A stretch of 64,000 nt of DNA from Massalongia carnosa (taxonomy: Eukaryota). The notes under the pieces are model-generated. The model saw only the letters and a program-made list of their open reading frames with translations. It had not been told where the DNA came from and ran no database searches. Of the stretch, positions 1 to 13,035 are shown piece after piece (within the stretch, counting starts at the first letter, position 1; every line of letters begins with the position of its first letter). Location of the stretch: assembly GCA_965645245.1 (NCBI GenBank), contig OZ287067.1, positions 2,294,001 through 2,358,000 on the forward strand, read 5' to 3'. Both the position numbers and the translations under genes were made by a program.

Positions 1-826
1 TCAGAGTATTTCAGCTAGCGCTGAAGTCTTTCGCTAACATTTAAAGCATCAAACTTTTATGGAGCCACCTTTTAAGTTTCATACTGTATAAATGAATATA
101 AAAAAAATACCTCCTACCCTTTATGTTCTGCACCTGAAGCCTCTCTTTTGTTATCCTACTAGCAGTCCAGCTATTTGATACAAGATAGCTAAACCTTGCT
201 ATCAACAGTACGGAGTATAGAGTAATCCACCACCCAACTTACCACTCCTGTACATTTATACGCTTCTTGTCCCACAATGTTTCAATGTGACGTGCTGAGC
301 TTGTTAATTGACTAAATATTTGACTTCAGCGAGAGATTATTAGCTAAAAATATCTAAATAGTAAAAACGCACCTCTCACCTTATTTCAAATCTTGCATAA
401 AATTTTAGCTTGAAGTGAGAGAGCAAAAAAGAATGATTCGATAGTGTGCGATACAAACTGAAGATCGACATCGGGGTTTTGTGGTCATTGTCTGTTGATT
501 AGTTCGAGGCGAAGTCAGATATTCAGGCAATGAAGATGTTCAACATGGCATAGCCAAGCTTTGTTGTAATGATGGATATTGATGAGTTTTGAACTGTACA
601 CTATTTATTAAAAACTTCAAACTAAATGTTGGTGCCTAAATGACCGGTGGATTACTTACTATTGTACTCAGTTGACATCGTAATGGAGGGTTACCAAATA
701 GTCTTCAAGATAATCAGCAGCAAATAGGCTCTTCCTAAAGGACTTTGAAAACTCGACCTGACACCGAGAAAAATGGCCACACCAGGTGGTTATCATAAAC
801 GGCCTGAACTTGCTGGATACCTTCGA

Positions 827-1702
827 CTAAGGGATATCGCCAAAATATTTATCGCGAAGCCTGTCCATAGCCAACTCCTAAGGGAATGATTCCAGGAATC
901 TCTCGATCTCATTTCGCCAGAACAGGTTCCGAGGGTTGACATTGCAAGCCGTCGCGTATTCCCAATAGTGGGGATACCAGCCCGCCGTCTCCCAATCGAT
1001 AATCCCCACAACATTATCTCCACGCGCAAGGACGTTCAAGCTGCTCAGATCGCCATGCGTAAAGCAAGGAACAGGCCAGATCCCATTGTGCAGAGCAATG
1101 AGCTCATTCACCTCGAGCTTATTGTCAGGACTGGTTTCGACTCCATTACGCAAATACCGATGAAACTCTTGGATCGTCTTGAAAGGTCCGAATCGTTCCA
1201 ACGGACTAGGAAGCCGGCAATCCCAGAGTGTCCCTCCATCCACACTCTCCACACCAATATTATTAGGTCGTGGTATGCTTCGCATCTCCTCCACCATGGT
1301 TTTCAGCTGATGTAATATCCTCGACTTTGAATCCTCCGACCGGCGCGCCCATTGATGACCCAACATCAATCCATCTATTCTCTGCATAACAATGTAGGTG
1401 TCTTTTCCCCGTTTAAAGGAGCAGTGAATCTTGGGTACCGGGATTGACGTATTCTGTGCAATGAATTGGATCGTGGCCGCCTCGGAAAGATCTCGGAAAG
1501 ATCCGTACTTAACACAAAGGTTGCGGGTAAGGAAGAGAACCCCGCCGCAGCGACGAGAACGGTGGCGCCGGAAAAGCTTGATAGCGGCAATGGTAAGCAT
1601 GCGATTGGCCCATGTATTATTGATAGGTTTCGACTCGGAGACTTCCCCCCATGATGAGAAGTTATAACGAGTTACATCGAGAATGACCATGATTTGTTGC
1701 AA
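827..1702 (-). pseudogene. Aminoglycoside phosphotransferase (APH)/kinase-like protein with a premature stop near the C-terminus
   Basis: ORF 878..1702 has FTHGDLSSLNVL and GIIDWETAGWYP motifs and N-lobe EAATIQFIAQNTSIPVPKI. Past the TAG at 878-880 the frame continues ELAMDRLRDKYFGDIP* to 827. True start uncertain. Confidence 0.75.
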
Positions 1703-2682
1703 TTTACGAGTACAATACCAGATGTATAGATTACAGAGCGCACTACCTTAGATTGTATCTGTTTTATCGTATTAACGGAGGATACATACAAATGATACTG
1801 TACTCCCTACAGAGTCAAATACCAATCTACGACACAAGCTTGATGAAAATTTTCCTTTTCCACTCAATCACCTTTAAAGTCTCTCCAGATCAGTCTATCG
1901 TTTTCTATTTCATGATTCCAAGACATTCCCGCTAATATTTAGTCAGAGTCATATTCTTTTCGTGTCGCTGATGGATGATATAATTGTCATGTCGATTTCA
2001 TTAATGGAAATGAAGTATTGCTACTCTGTATAAAGTTTTCCAAGGAATTTTGATGCAGGTTTCCATACATTATTCGAGCTATTTATTGTCTGAAAAGAAG
2101 CCATCCTTCCTTTCCTGGCTAAGATCTTTAAGATTCAAAGTTATTTCTTGAAAATTTTACACTTATGTTCAGAAATATTTGGAAAACTGTAGATAACGCC
2201 ATATTCATGATACTAATGATTATTAGGATCTGAATATCGGCAAGAGACATTCAGACTGGCCCTGGACCTAACCGCAATGCTTGGCTACTAAGTAAATAAG
2301 CAATACAGGGGAAGCGAATTCAACAAGGAACGTTTTCTGTGGGTCGTCGCAGAATCTGTAAATGACAATCTCCTTGTTGTGAGGGCGTATTGGGCCGGGC
2401 TAGGAGAGGAGTGAAACGGTTAAAGCCCAGCGTTCTTACGCCGCCAGGTTGAGGAAAATCTGCTTGAGCTACCCAACAGCTAGGTATTTTCTTCCACGGA
2501 GTTCTTAGTGTACTAGGAGTACCGAATTAGATTGCACTCTGCGTCAATGGAGTAAAACCACCTCCGTTCCCCGTGGCTGGCTTTTCATTGTAAGAATATT
2601 AGTACTAATGTTCACTAGATATCAACACGATCGGAAAATGGGAAATTTTTCAAAACTTCACTAGGAAAGCAACAGAGATCCG

Positions 2683-4179
2683 ATGCGATTATTTGTGATT
2701 CGAAACATGAACACTCAACAACTAAACTCGTTCGCGGTCGCACACGCACAGCAGAGGGATCATCTGCTGTCTAGAATCATGGAGTACCTCACAGAAGTAG
2801 GAGATGGGGGGGAACTGAAGGGGACCGAGGTCCTGAAGGAAGTGAGAGAATTTCTCCTAAATCAAAGGAATATTGACAATGATAACGATAAAACACCGTC
2901 CACCCTGAATAACACCCTAAGAGAAATTCAGCAAAGTCTTGCTCGCATCGAAAGCACAAAGCCAATCACAAAAGCAAACAACTACGCCGCTGCTGCAATT
3001 AGAGGCCAGGCCGTCGAGGCTCCACCGATTCCACGTCGCACTAAACCTACCGCACCCCTAAAACGCAATGAGCTCTCGCCTCAAGAAGTGCGAAAGGCTA
3101 GGGAAATCACCATCATTGTATCTAAAGAAACGGACAAAGACAAACTAAAGAACATGACCACTAAAGATCTCGTAGAGACACTACAAGCAGAGACGGAAGG
3201 GATCCGGGGAGTGTCACGGCTTATCAGTGGAGACCTCAAAATTCACACTGAATCTGCAGAGGCTAAAAAGGTTCTACAAGAGAACTCAGAATGGACCCAA
3301 AAGATAGCCGAATCTGCGGCAATAAAGACACGAACTTACTCTGTCAGAGTAAACGGGGTCAAGGTTGAACACATCAAAACTGCGAACCAATCACTAGCCA
3401 TAGGATACCTGAAGACCGCTAATGCACGCCTGCATCCAGACCTGAATATCAAGAAAATAGCCTGGTCCACTAAAGCTATAAGAGAGAAAAAGACGTACTC
3501 TACGCTACACATGGAAGTCGCAACGGCCGAAACGGCCAACCAGATCATAGCCGAAGGCCTCATTGTCGACTACGAAATCAAGGACTGCGAAAGGTTCACC
3601 AAGGGATGCACTATGATGCAATGCTTCAACTGTCACAAATACGGTCACATTGGTCGCTCATGCCCAAACCCTACCACCTGTGGCTACTGCGCCGGGGGCC
3701 ACCCTAGCGCAGAATGCAACATGGAAACAACGGGTAGATACCGAAGGTGTGCTGCATGCAATGAGAAAGGACATGAAGCATGGTCTACATCTTGCGAAAT
3801 CAGGAAATCAGAAAAACGTAAAGCAGACAAGGCCATGCAAAATCGGGTCCCGTTTTACTCAGTTGTCGCCCTCGCACCAGCCCCGTTCAGATTTCAAGGC
3901 GAAATCATAAACACAAACACAAACAACGCAAGCAGCAAAAAGCGGAAAATCGTATCACCTCCCGATTCGCCTCCCATTCCTCCAAGAATCGGAACAACCT
4001 GGGCTGACACCGGTATCATGAACCCAGAGAACATGGCGAAGGCCCTCGCAAAACCAATCGTAGGTAGGCCACCAACTAAACCCCGAGGTGAATCTACAGC
4101 TCCCATTATCCTCAATGCAAATGCGTCAACTAGCGCCGCCCCCACGACCTCTCAGGTCAACTCCATGGACGTCTTATGA
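2683..4179 (+). CDS. LINE ORF1 gag-like nucleic-acid-binding protein
   Basis: 498-aa ORF with CCHC knuckles (QCFNCHKYGHIGRSC, CGYCAGGHPSAEC, CAACNEKGHEAWSTSC). Its stop overlaps the ORF2 start (ATGA, 4176-4179). Start could be 2707. Confidence 0.9.
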   Translation: MRLFVIRNMNTQQLNSFAVAHAQQRDHLLSRIMEYLTEVGDGGELKGTEVLKEVREFLLNQRNIDNDNDKTPSTLNNTLREIQQSLARIESTKPITKANNYAAAAIRGQAVEAPPIPRRTKPTAPLKRNELSPQEVRKAREITIIVSKETDKDKLKNMTTKDLVETLQAETEGIRGVSRLISGDLKIHTESAEAKKVLQENSEWTQKIAESAAIKTRTYSVRVNGVKVEHIKTANQSLAIGYLKTANARLHPDLNIKKIAWSTKAIREKKTYSTLHMEVATAETANQIIAEGLIVDYEIKDCERFTKGCTMMQCFNCHKYGHIGRSCPNPTTCGYCAGGHPSAECNMETTGRYRRCAACNEKGHEAWSTSCEIRKSEKRKADKAMQNRVPFYSVVALAPAPFRFQGEIINTNTNNASSKKRKIVSPPDSPPIPPRIGTTWADTGIMNPENMAKALAKPIVGRPPTKPRGESTAPIILNANASTSAAPTTSQVNSMDVL

Positions 4180-7100
4180 GGAACACAAACTCTCTCTCCA
4201 TACTACAGTATAACGTCAGAAATGACAGAGTGAGTACTATGTTACCCCTCTTAGCAGACCCGAACACTCAGGATTATGACATTATCGCTATTCAAGAACC
4301 CTGGCGCAATCCCTTTGCTCCTACCACATTAAGCTCTCATCAAAGTGGATTTCACCTATTATATCGTCCAAATGGAGACACAAGAGTATGTTTCTACATC
4401 AATGACTCAATTGATCCCGATAGTTGGGAAGTAGAATTCCCGTCGGCAGACATGTGCACCCTAATAATACGCACAAAAATTGGAGAAACAGCAGAAGTGA
4501 TTCACGTTCATAATGTGTACAATCCTTCCCCCGCTTCCTATTCCTCTATAGACAGTCCGTCAACTTTACCGATTGTAAAACATCAGTTAACGACAGGATC
4601 AAATCACATTTTGTTAGGCGACTTCAACCTACATCATCCCCTTTGGAACGATCCGTCCAGAACAACGCAACATGCGGGCGCAGATCAACTGTTAAACATA
4701 ATTGAAGAGTCCAGTCTATCACTAACGCTACCAAAAGGCACTATCACATGGGAGGCTAGACAATCGTTCAGCACAATCGACCTTGTATTCATGTCGGAGA
4801 ATTTAACTGAAAGATTAGAACACTGCATGTCAAGACCTGAACTCAATCAGTCATCTGCTCACATACCAATCTCGACCCGAATAACACTTGATAGTGAGCC
4901 TCAAACAATCATCGAGCGTAGGGCATGGAAGTTATTGAACATGGAAAAATTGAGGGAAGCTGAAAAACAGGCTCCCCCTATTACTACCCCACGTTCTCAC
5001 GCCGAAATTGACGCGTACACCGTATCGATCCAAAAATTCCTTCAAGAAGTCATAAATGCCGCCGTTCCATGGGCCAGACCCAGCAAGTACGCTAAACCCT
5101 TTTGGAATGATGATTGCAGTGTAATTACGAAAGAAACACGCAGGCTCAGACGAGTCTGGACCAATTCCAGAGACCTCTCAGACTGGCTAACATACACGAA
5201 GTCCAATCACAGAAAACAAAAAGTTATTCAAAAAGCTAAAAGACTATCGTTTCGCAAGGAAATAGAAAAAGCCACTGAATCATCCATGGGATTATGGCGA
5301 CTAGCCAAATGGGCAAAAGACAAAGGTGAAAAGACAAGAGAACTTCCAAAAATGCCTAACCTCATCAAAGACGGCCAAATAGCATCCACATTCGAGGAAA
5401 AAACGGATATGCTTAAACAGAAATTCTTCCCACCCGCCCCTCCTGCTGACCTCAGCGATATAGAGGGCTCTTTCTATCCTAGCCCTCCCCACTGTCCCAT
5501 AATCGTAACCAGATCGGAAGTGACAGAATCGATACGCCGACTCAAACCCGACACGGCCCCTGGTCCGGACGGATAGCCAACAGAATTGTCAAGGCGTGCT
5601 CCGAAAAGCTGTCCGATTTACTAACTCCTTTGTTTCAAGCATGCATAGATCAGGCATATCATCCACGCGCATTCAAGACCGCAAATACAATCACACTGAG
5701 AAAGATAGACAAAGACGACTATACAGCTCCGAACGCCTATCGCCCCATAGCACTTCTGAACACGCTCGGCAAGGTTATGGAATCTATCATGTCCAAGAAA
5801 ATTACTCACCTAGCGCAAACCCACAGACTCCTACCGGACACACAGATAGGGGCCAGAAGAGGAAGATCAACCGAAACTGCTCTGGAATTGTTAACTGAAC
5901 AAATTTACACAGTATGGGGACAAGGCAACGACAAAATAGCTACTCTGTTAAGCATGGACGTAGCAGGAGCGTATGATACAGTGTCACATCGACGTTTAAT
6001 TCATAACCTGCGCAAACGAAAAATCCCAAAATGGATTACTGACTGGGTAGACAGTTTTTTAAACGAAAGAAGCACCACGCTAGCAATAAATAGCCGAGTC
6101 ACCGGCATATTCGAAGTACGAACTGGAATACCACAAGGCTCTCCTACTTCTCCTATCCTTTATCTATTCTATAACCCAGACCTGTTAGACATATGTGAAA
6201 GACCCGGAACAAACACGAGCGCCTTAGGTTTCGTAGACGACATAAACGTACTAGCATATGGGAAAAGCACGGAAGAAAACTGCAAAACGCTGGAGGAAAT
6301 TCACAAGAATTGCGAAAAATGGGCTATTCGACACGGATCAGTTTTTGCACCGAAAAAGTACGAACTGATACACTTGTCAAGAAATCCGAAGAAATTCAAC
6401 ATGTCTACTGTCGTTAGAATAGAAAACAGCATCATAGAACCAAAAACGGACATTAGAATCTTGGGACTTCGAATCGACACAAAAATGAAATGGGGTCCGC
6501 ACGTCAGAAAGATCCAGGAAAAATTGACAAAACAATCCAAGGCACTGACAAAAATTTCTACCTCCACATGGGGCGCCACCTTTCCAAAAGCCCGCCAAGT
6601 ATACACCGCCGTCGTCCGTCCGGCCATGACGTATGGTTCTACCATATGGCACACGCCAAAGGAAATAAAAAAATCGAACGGCATCTCAAACAAGCTAGCT
6701 GTCATACAGAATAAATGCTTACGAACTATAGCTGGGGCATTTAAGGCGACTCCCATACCGGTACTGGAAGCGGAAACGTACATAGCCCCAATTGATATAC
6801 ATCTAGATCAACTTCAGGCTCAGGCTAGATATCGCTTATGTCAGGGAGGTCAAAAGAAATTCATCATCAATGCATGCAACTCCATTGCAAACAAACTCAG
6901 AGGACGGGCTGGACGAAAGCGAGCTCCTGCGAGTACTCCGGGAACGCTGAAATATGCATGGGCCAAGAAAATAACATCGGACACACAAAAAAGCCTGATG
7001 CCGGTAGCGAACCCACCATGGGCCGAAACCCCCCCAAATACAGCTCGAGACATCCAAGAAGCGCGTGCCGTTCAAGGCAAAATAATCGCAAAAATAAAAC

Positions 7101-7534
7101 AACGACATACAGACGCATGGCAGACCTCTTGGAAATCATATCAGAACCTCACATCTACGCCTACTCCAGCACAAGCAGCCCCACTCACAAAAACACGCAT
7201 CAAATTACACGAAACCCTAGCCAAAGCAGAAAGCGCTCTATCAATTCAGATACGCTCAGAAAAGATAGGTCTAGCCGACTTCCTATTTAGACGTCGCGTT
7301 TCCGACGTCTTGACACCGAAGTGTCCATGTGGCTGGCCAAAACAAACCGCGAAACATGTAATCATGTTTTGCAAACTCAACAGTAACAGACGTTCAATGT
7401 TACGCTCCATAAGAACAAATAATTATAGACTCATTACTGACTCATCCAGAGCGATGAATCTAGTTACCGCTTGGTTAATGAAGACCGGCTTACTAACCCA
7501 GGTCTCACTGGCATCACAGCATTTATATCATTGA
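4176..7534 (+). pseudogene. LINE ORF2 (APE endonuclease, reverse transcriptase, C-terminal zinc finger) with one frameshift near 5572
   Basis: IAIQEPW and LLGDFNLHH endonuclease motifs; PQGSP and GFVDD RT motifs; CPCG..TAKHVIMFC. Copy 1 reads GACGGATAGCC where copy 2 reads GACGGAATAGCC (1-nt deletion). Confidence 0.9.
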
Positions 7535-10368
7535 CAATTGGCGATTAAATACGTCAATTCTTTTCTTTAACTTTTCATCGGTCAACTGTTCTTTAGGAAG
7601 ATCTCTCGACGGAGACTCGGAGAGTATTCGTAGAAGTATCGGATTACTTGGTTTTTCTTCCTCAAAAGGTTTTCCATGTATTATATAATCCCATAGACTT
7701 GCCCGCATGGGTCGGCCTTCGGCCGGTACCACATCGGAATAAGAATTATCATCATCATCATCATCATCAACACGATCGGAAAAAGAGCCAGCTCACATTT
7801 ACATCCGTGCAGCAAAAAATATATTCTAGAATTCCACAGGATAAATCGCCAGCAGAATCTGCACAGTTCATATCAGTGATCCCTTGGTAAGCTGCTGATA
7901 AAGCAGGCTTATATGGTACTTTATATTTAGGCCAATAACCATAAGCGGTGCATTAGGGCTTTCCCCGAGTGCTGCAGTTCGGTTCAGCGTATATTTCCGA
8001 GTCGGTGCCAAAATACTCTGGGTTGGAAACAATATCTGGACTCTTTGGATTTTGGGGGCTTTAATGGCTCTTCTGTTGACCGTATGAGGAAGTCGATGTT
8101 GCGACAAAGAAAGTAAGTATAGCGAGAGAGACGAGCATTATGGATTTGCTTGTATGAACCAGGTATGATCTGAGACTATGTTATGAGCGTTGAAATATTG
8201 ACATGCCACACAGTTTGGATATTTTAGGGGTACTAGAATTATTTGTAGACGCCGTTTACGGCTGACCATCTCACAATGTCTCCTCAAGTCATCAACACGA
8301 TGCAACCATGGGGCTTACAATCTTCAACTACCAAACCGTCCAGTCATAATTAAATACTTTTGCGAAGACGGAAAGGACTCCTTCCATGCTCTCGGCATTG
8401 AAGAGTAAAACATCCAAGCTTCACATAACTTGGCTCGAGGTCATCTCCCGCATGTAGAGCATATCGGAATACCTCTCGCAAAGCCAAACTTGGTCTCGCT
8501 ATGCCGTCGCTCACCTCCTAACTCCGAAGCGAGTCGGTCTTTCTGTCCCAAGTTTCTAGATATCCCTGCTGAATGTACCTTCTAATTGAAATTCGAGGTA
8601 GTAGTTAAATGGCTTGAACCATTATGCGCCTAACTCTTGGTGGCCCGTGCCTCGGCGTTGCATCTTTTACGATTTTGGGAATTTCCAGAGCTGTAACGAT
8701 GACAGCTGGGCGAAACTTCCTCATGCTTCACAGTTTGCACTTTACGAAGACTTCGCAGGTCTAGCTTTTTATAACCGGTACTACGATACCTCCATTTCCT
8801 CTTACTATCATAATAAAATTATTAAGAGATACAGAAGGCGTCATGGAATTTTGCTATTTCTAATCGCCAAAAAAGTCGAGAGTCTCACACAGTCCATTTA
8901 AGCGCCTCTTGCTTAATTTAAATTTAACAGCAAGGCAAAACGGTTCGCTGGTCCGTGATTAAGGATCGTCCACATGGCTTCCTCTGGGTTTGCGGAGCAC
9001 GCATTGGACATTAGATAGATACAGCGAGATGCTTAGGGACAGTCCCCCCCCGACCGTCCCCCCCCTTTGTGTAAATCTTTACTAGTAAACAGCCATTTTA
9101 CTACTCATCCAGGGTGCGTACAAGCTAGCAATTACACTACGTATTAATGTTGCTGTTACTGACTAAGTGTATTCAACACTTACAAATCTACCTATTGCGA
9201 TGACTTCAACTCCAAAAACTCGTCAGCCAATTGCGATACATCATCTTTTCTAGGCTTCATGGTTTCAGCCACCTTTCTCGCTTGAGCCCTAGCCTGTTTG
9301 ACTGATTTCTCGACTCTTTGCTGAGATTCCAACTCCAACTGAGCCTTTAATTTCTTCGCCACACCCCGAGACCTTCGCGTTGTTGCAGAGGAAGTAGGGA
9401 GAAGTTGACTGGCGCGCACGTTTTGGCTAAGACTATAAAGAGATGGAGCCGGCGCTGCCTGAGGTAGGGCTTTTTGACTATGCTTGGCAAGCACATCGTC
9501 AATATCTTCGAGCGAATCCGACGAGGCTTCTGATGTAAGAATAACATCATTATCGTCATTCGAAGGAAGCATAAGACCCATAGAACGACCGAGAATGGGC
9601 TGAGTGCTTATATACTGCACCTCGTCATCGTCGTCGGAGACGATAGACGCGTTTTCGATTCTCTCCATAACTAAGTTTTCTCCTAAACCTATTATACCCA
9701 ATATTAGCCGACCCGAGCGCAATAACTTTGCAACATCGTGAGTTTTACCTTCTGTTTCACCTTCAACCTCATCGTCGCCCCCAGCACGCAATCTATTATA
9801 TCTAAGCCTCCTCCCTTGTTCAATAGAGTCCCTTCGCCTAGTACGTCGCTGTTCAGTTTATCTAGCCTCAGCTGCCTCGCGACCAGTGTAGGCACGTCGA
9901 CGACTCCCTCCTTTCTTATACATGAGGTTTTCTTTGAACCGAATTTCGTCGGGGAATGTGATGAAGATGGGAGGTCTTACCAGCTCCTTCTTTTGCCATT
10001 TCTTATTGAACTTTTCAACGATGTGAGCATGCTCGCGAGCGTACTCCTCCCTTAGATGAGAATCTTCTATTGATTGATGCAGATCAATAAATTGATATGC
10101 CACAGAATGTAGCAAATCAAGGCCCCCGCGGCGAATTCTATCCTCAATCAACACGCCTTCTTCGAGCTCGACCTCATCCTTATCCGCCTCAATCTCTCTC
10201 GTCCCTTTGACCTCATCGACGATCTTTTCGACCTCGGGCTCCGAGCTGCGAGCGAGATCGAAGGTCATTTGCCAAGAGACCGCATAAGGTGGGCCATCAA
10301 AAAACCAGCGAGGATGAATGAGGGAAACTGGAATAGGGACCGAGTCGATGATACATTTATACAACCAG

Positions 10369-13035
10369 ACCCTTTTGGAATGATGAATGCAGTGTGATCA
10401 CGAAAGAAACTCGTAGGCTCAGACGTGTCTGGTCCAATTCCAGAGACATTTCTGATTGGATAACATACACAAAATCCAATCACAGAAAACAAAAAATCAT
10501 TCAAAAGGCTAAAAGACTGTCGTTCCGCAAGGAAATAGAAAAAGCCACCGAATCGCCTACTGGTCTCTGGCGACTAGCCAAATGGGCGAAAGACAAAAGT
10601 GACCAGACAAGAGAAATTCCCAAAATGCCCAATCTCGTTCGAGACGACCAAGTAGCAGAGACGTTCGAGGAGAAATCGGACATGCTAAAACAGAAATTCT
10701 TTCCACCCGCCCCTCCGGCCGACCTCAGCGACATAGAGGGTTCATTTTACCCCAGCCCGCCACAATGTCCAATGATCATAACCAAACTAGAGGTGATGGA
10801 AGCCATACGCCGACTCAAGCCCGATACGGCCCCGGGTCCGGACGGAATAGCCAACAGAATTGTAAAGGAATGCTCGGAAAAGCTAATCGAATTACTCACC
10901 CCACTGTTTCAAGCATATGTAGAACAAGCATATCATCCTCGTGCATTCAAAACCGCCAACACAATCACGCTCAAGAAAACAGGCAAGGATGACTATTCGG
11001 CCCCGAACGCCTATCGACCCATAGCACTCCTAAACACGCTTGGAAAAGTAATGGAATCCATCATGTCACAAAAAATAACCCATCTAGCGGAAACCCACCG
11101 ACTCCTGCCCGACACCCAGATGGGCGCCAGACGAGAAAGATCAACCGAATCTGCACTAGAATGTTGACTGAACAATTTTATACAGTGTGGGGCCAAGGCA
11201 CAGACAAAGTAGCCACATTATTGAGCATGGACGTAGCAGGAGCCTATGACACAGTGACACATCGAAGACTGATTCACAATCTTCGCAAAAGGAAAATCCC
11301 AAAATGGATCACTGACTGGGTGAACAGTTTTCTGAATGAAAGAAGCACTACCCTGGCGATTCACAGCCGAGTCACGGGCATATTCGATGTAAAAACCGGA
11401 ATCCCACAAGGCTCCCCTATTTCTCCTATTCTTTATCTGTTCTACAATGCAGACCTACTAGACATATGTGAAAGACCAGGCAGCAACACGAGTGCTCTAG
11501 GCTTCGTAGATGACATCAATGTGCTAGCATACGGAAAAAGCACCGAAGAAAATTGCAAGACGCTAGAGGTAATTCACAAAAAATGTGAAAAATGGGCAAG
11601 TCGACATGGTTCAGTCTTCGCTCCGAAGAAATACAAATTGATACATCTGTCAAGAAATCCGAAGAAATTCAACATGTTCACTGTTATTCAAATAGGAAAT
11701 AACATCATAAAACCAAAGACAGACATCAGAATTCTAGGACTTCAAATCGATTCAAAATTGAAATGGGGTGCTCACACAAGGAAAATCCAGGAAAAAATGA
11801 CAAAACAATCCAGGGCATTGACAAAAATATCCACCTCCACATGGGGCGCCACTCTTCTAAAGGCACGCCAGGTTTACACCGCCGTAGTCCGGCCGGCCAT
11901 GACGTACGGCTCCACCATTTGGCACATGCCAAAAGAAATTCAAAAATCAAACGTCATCTCAAACAAACTGGCTGTCATACAAAACAAATGTCTAAGAAAC
12001 ATAGCCGGAGCCTTCAAAGCAACGCCCATAGCTGTACTAGAAGCAGAGACATTTATAGCCTCAATTGACATACATTTAGATCAACTACAGGCCCAGACCA
12101 GACAACGCCTGTGTCGAAATGGTCAAAAGAGTTTCATCACAAATGCATGCAACAAAATAGCCAATAAACTTCGAGGTCGGGCAGGACGCAAGAGGGCCCC
12201 AGTCATCACTCCAGGAACGCTGAAATACGCCTGGGCCAAGAGAATCACATCGGAGGCACATAACCTTCCAACACCGACACCAAATCCACCATGGGCCGAA
12301 CCCCCCCCCCGAATCTCGCCCGAGAAATAGGGGAGGCACGCGCCGCTCATAACAAAATAACTGCTCAAATAAAAAACCTACACACATTTGCATGGCAGGC
12401 CTCGTGGAGATCATATCAGGAACGCACACCCGTTCCCACCCCGGCACAATCAGGTTCACTCTCCAAAAAACGCATCAAATTGCACGAAACTCTAGCCAAA
12501 GCGGAGAGCGCGCTAGCCATTCAGATACGCTCAGAAAAGATAGGCCTAGCCGCCTTCCTACATAGACACCGAGTCCCAGACGTCTCGTCCCCGAACTGCT
12601 CATGTGGCTGGCACAAACAGACTGCAAAACATGATCACATGTTTTGCAAACTCAACGACAACAGAAAAACTCTGCTAAATACGATAGGCACAAACAACTA
12701 TCGATTAATCACTGAGTCATCTAAAGCAATGAAATTAGTCACAAAGTGGCTAATGAAGACAGGTTTGTTGTCACAATTTTCGCTGACAGCACAGCATCTA
12801 TACTGCTAACAGTAGGCATGCTTTGTTTCATTTTTCATACTTGTCTTAGGTCAAAGGTTTTTTCATGGAGCACACGGCTGGGACCCGGAGGGTCCTCGGC
12901 CGGACACAGGATTGCATGGTTTTTCTTCCTCAAAAGGTTTTCCATGTACTATAAAACTAGATAGACTCGCCCGCATGGGCCGGCCTTCGGCCGGTACCAC
13001 ATCGGAATAAGAATCATCATCATCATCATCATCAT
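10369..13035 (+). mobile_element. 5'-truncated LINE, copy 2 (related subfamily of copy 1)
   Basis: Starts mid-ORF2 (homologous to ~5096 of copy 1). RT in three frames (shifts near 11160 and at poly-C 12301-12310). (CAT)n tail. 15-bp TSD CATTTATACAACCAG at 10354-10368 and 13036-13050. Confidence 0.95.

Larger units (their letters stand above)
2639..7765 (+). mobile_element. Non-LTR retrotransposon (LINE, Tad1/CgT1-like), near full length, copy 1
   Basis: gag-like ORF1 plus APE-RT ORF2; (CAT)n 3' tail; 18-bp target-site duplication ATCAACACGATCGGAAAA at 2621-2638 and 7766-7783. Confidence 0.95.
2527..8138 (-). pseudogene. Small secreted cysteine-rich protein pseudogene (exons 8138-7797 and 2580-2527) with a LINE in its intron
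   Basis: Hand translation: MLVSLAILTFFVATSTSSYGQQKSH*SPQNPKSPDIVSNPEYFGTDSEIYAEPNCSTRGKP*CTAYGYWPKYKVPYKPALSAAYQGITDMNCADSAGDLSCGILEYIFCCTDVN|PATGNGGGFTPLTQSAI*. Signal-peptide-like N-terminus, 6 Cys. Removing the LINE and one TSD leaves a 71-nt intron GTGAGC...TACTAAT...AAG. Confidence 0.7.

Noticed and set aside
8270..8901. Protein-like fragments and an 11-bp match (ATCAACACGAT, ~8291) to the LINE 1 TSD
   Set aside because: No recognisable family or consistent frame; the short match is probably chance.
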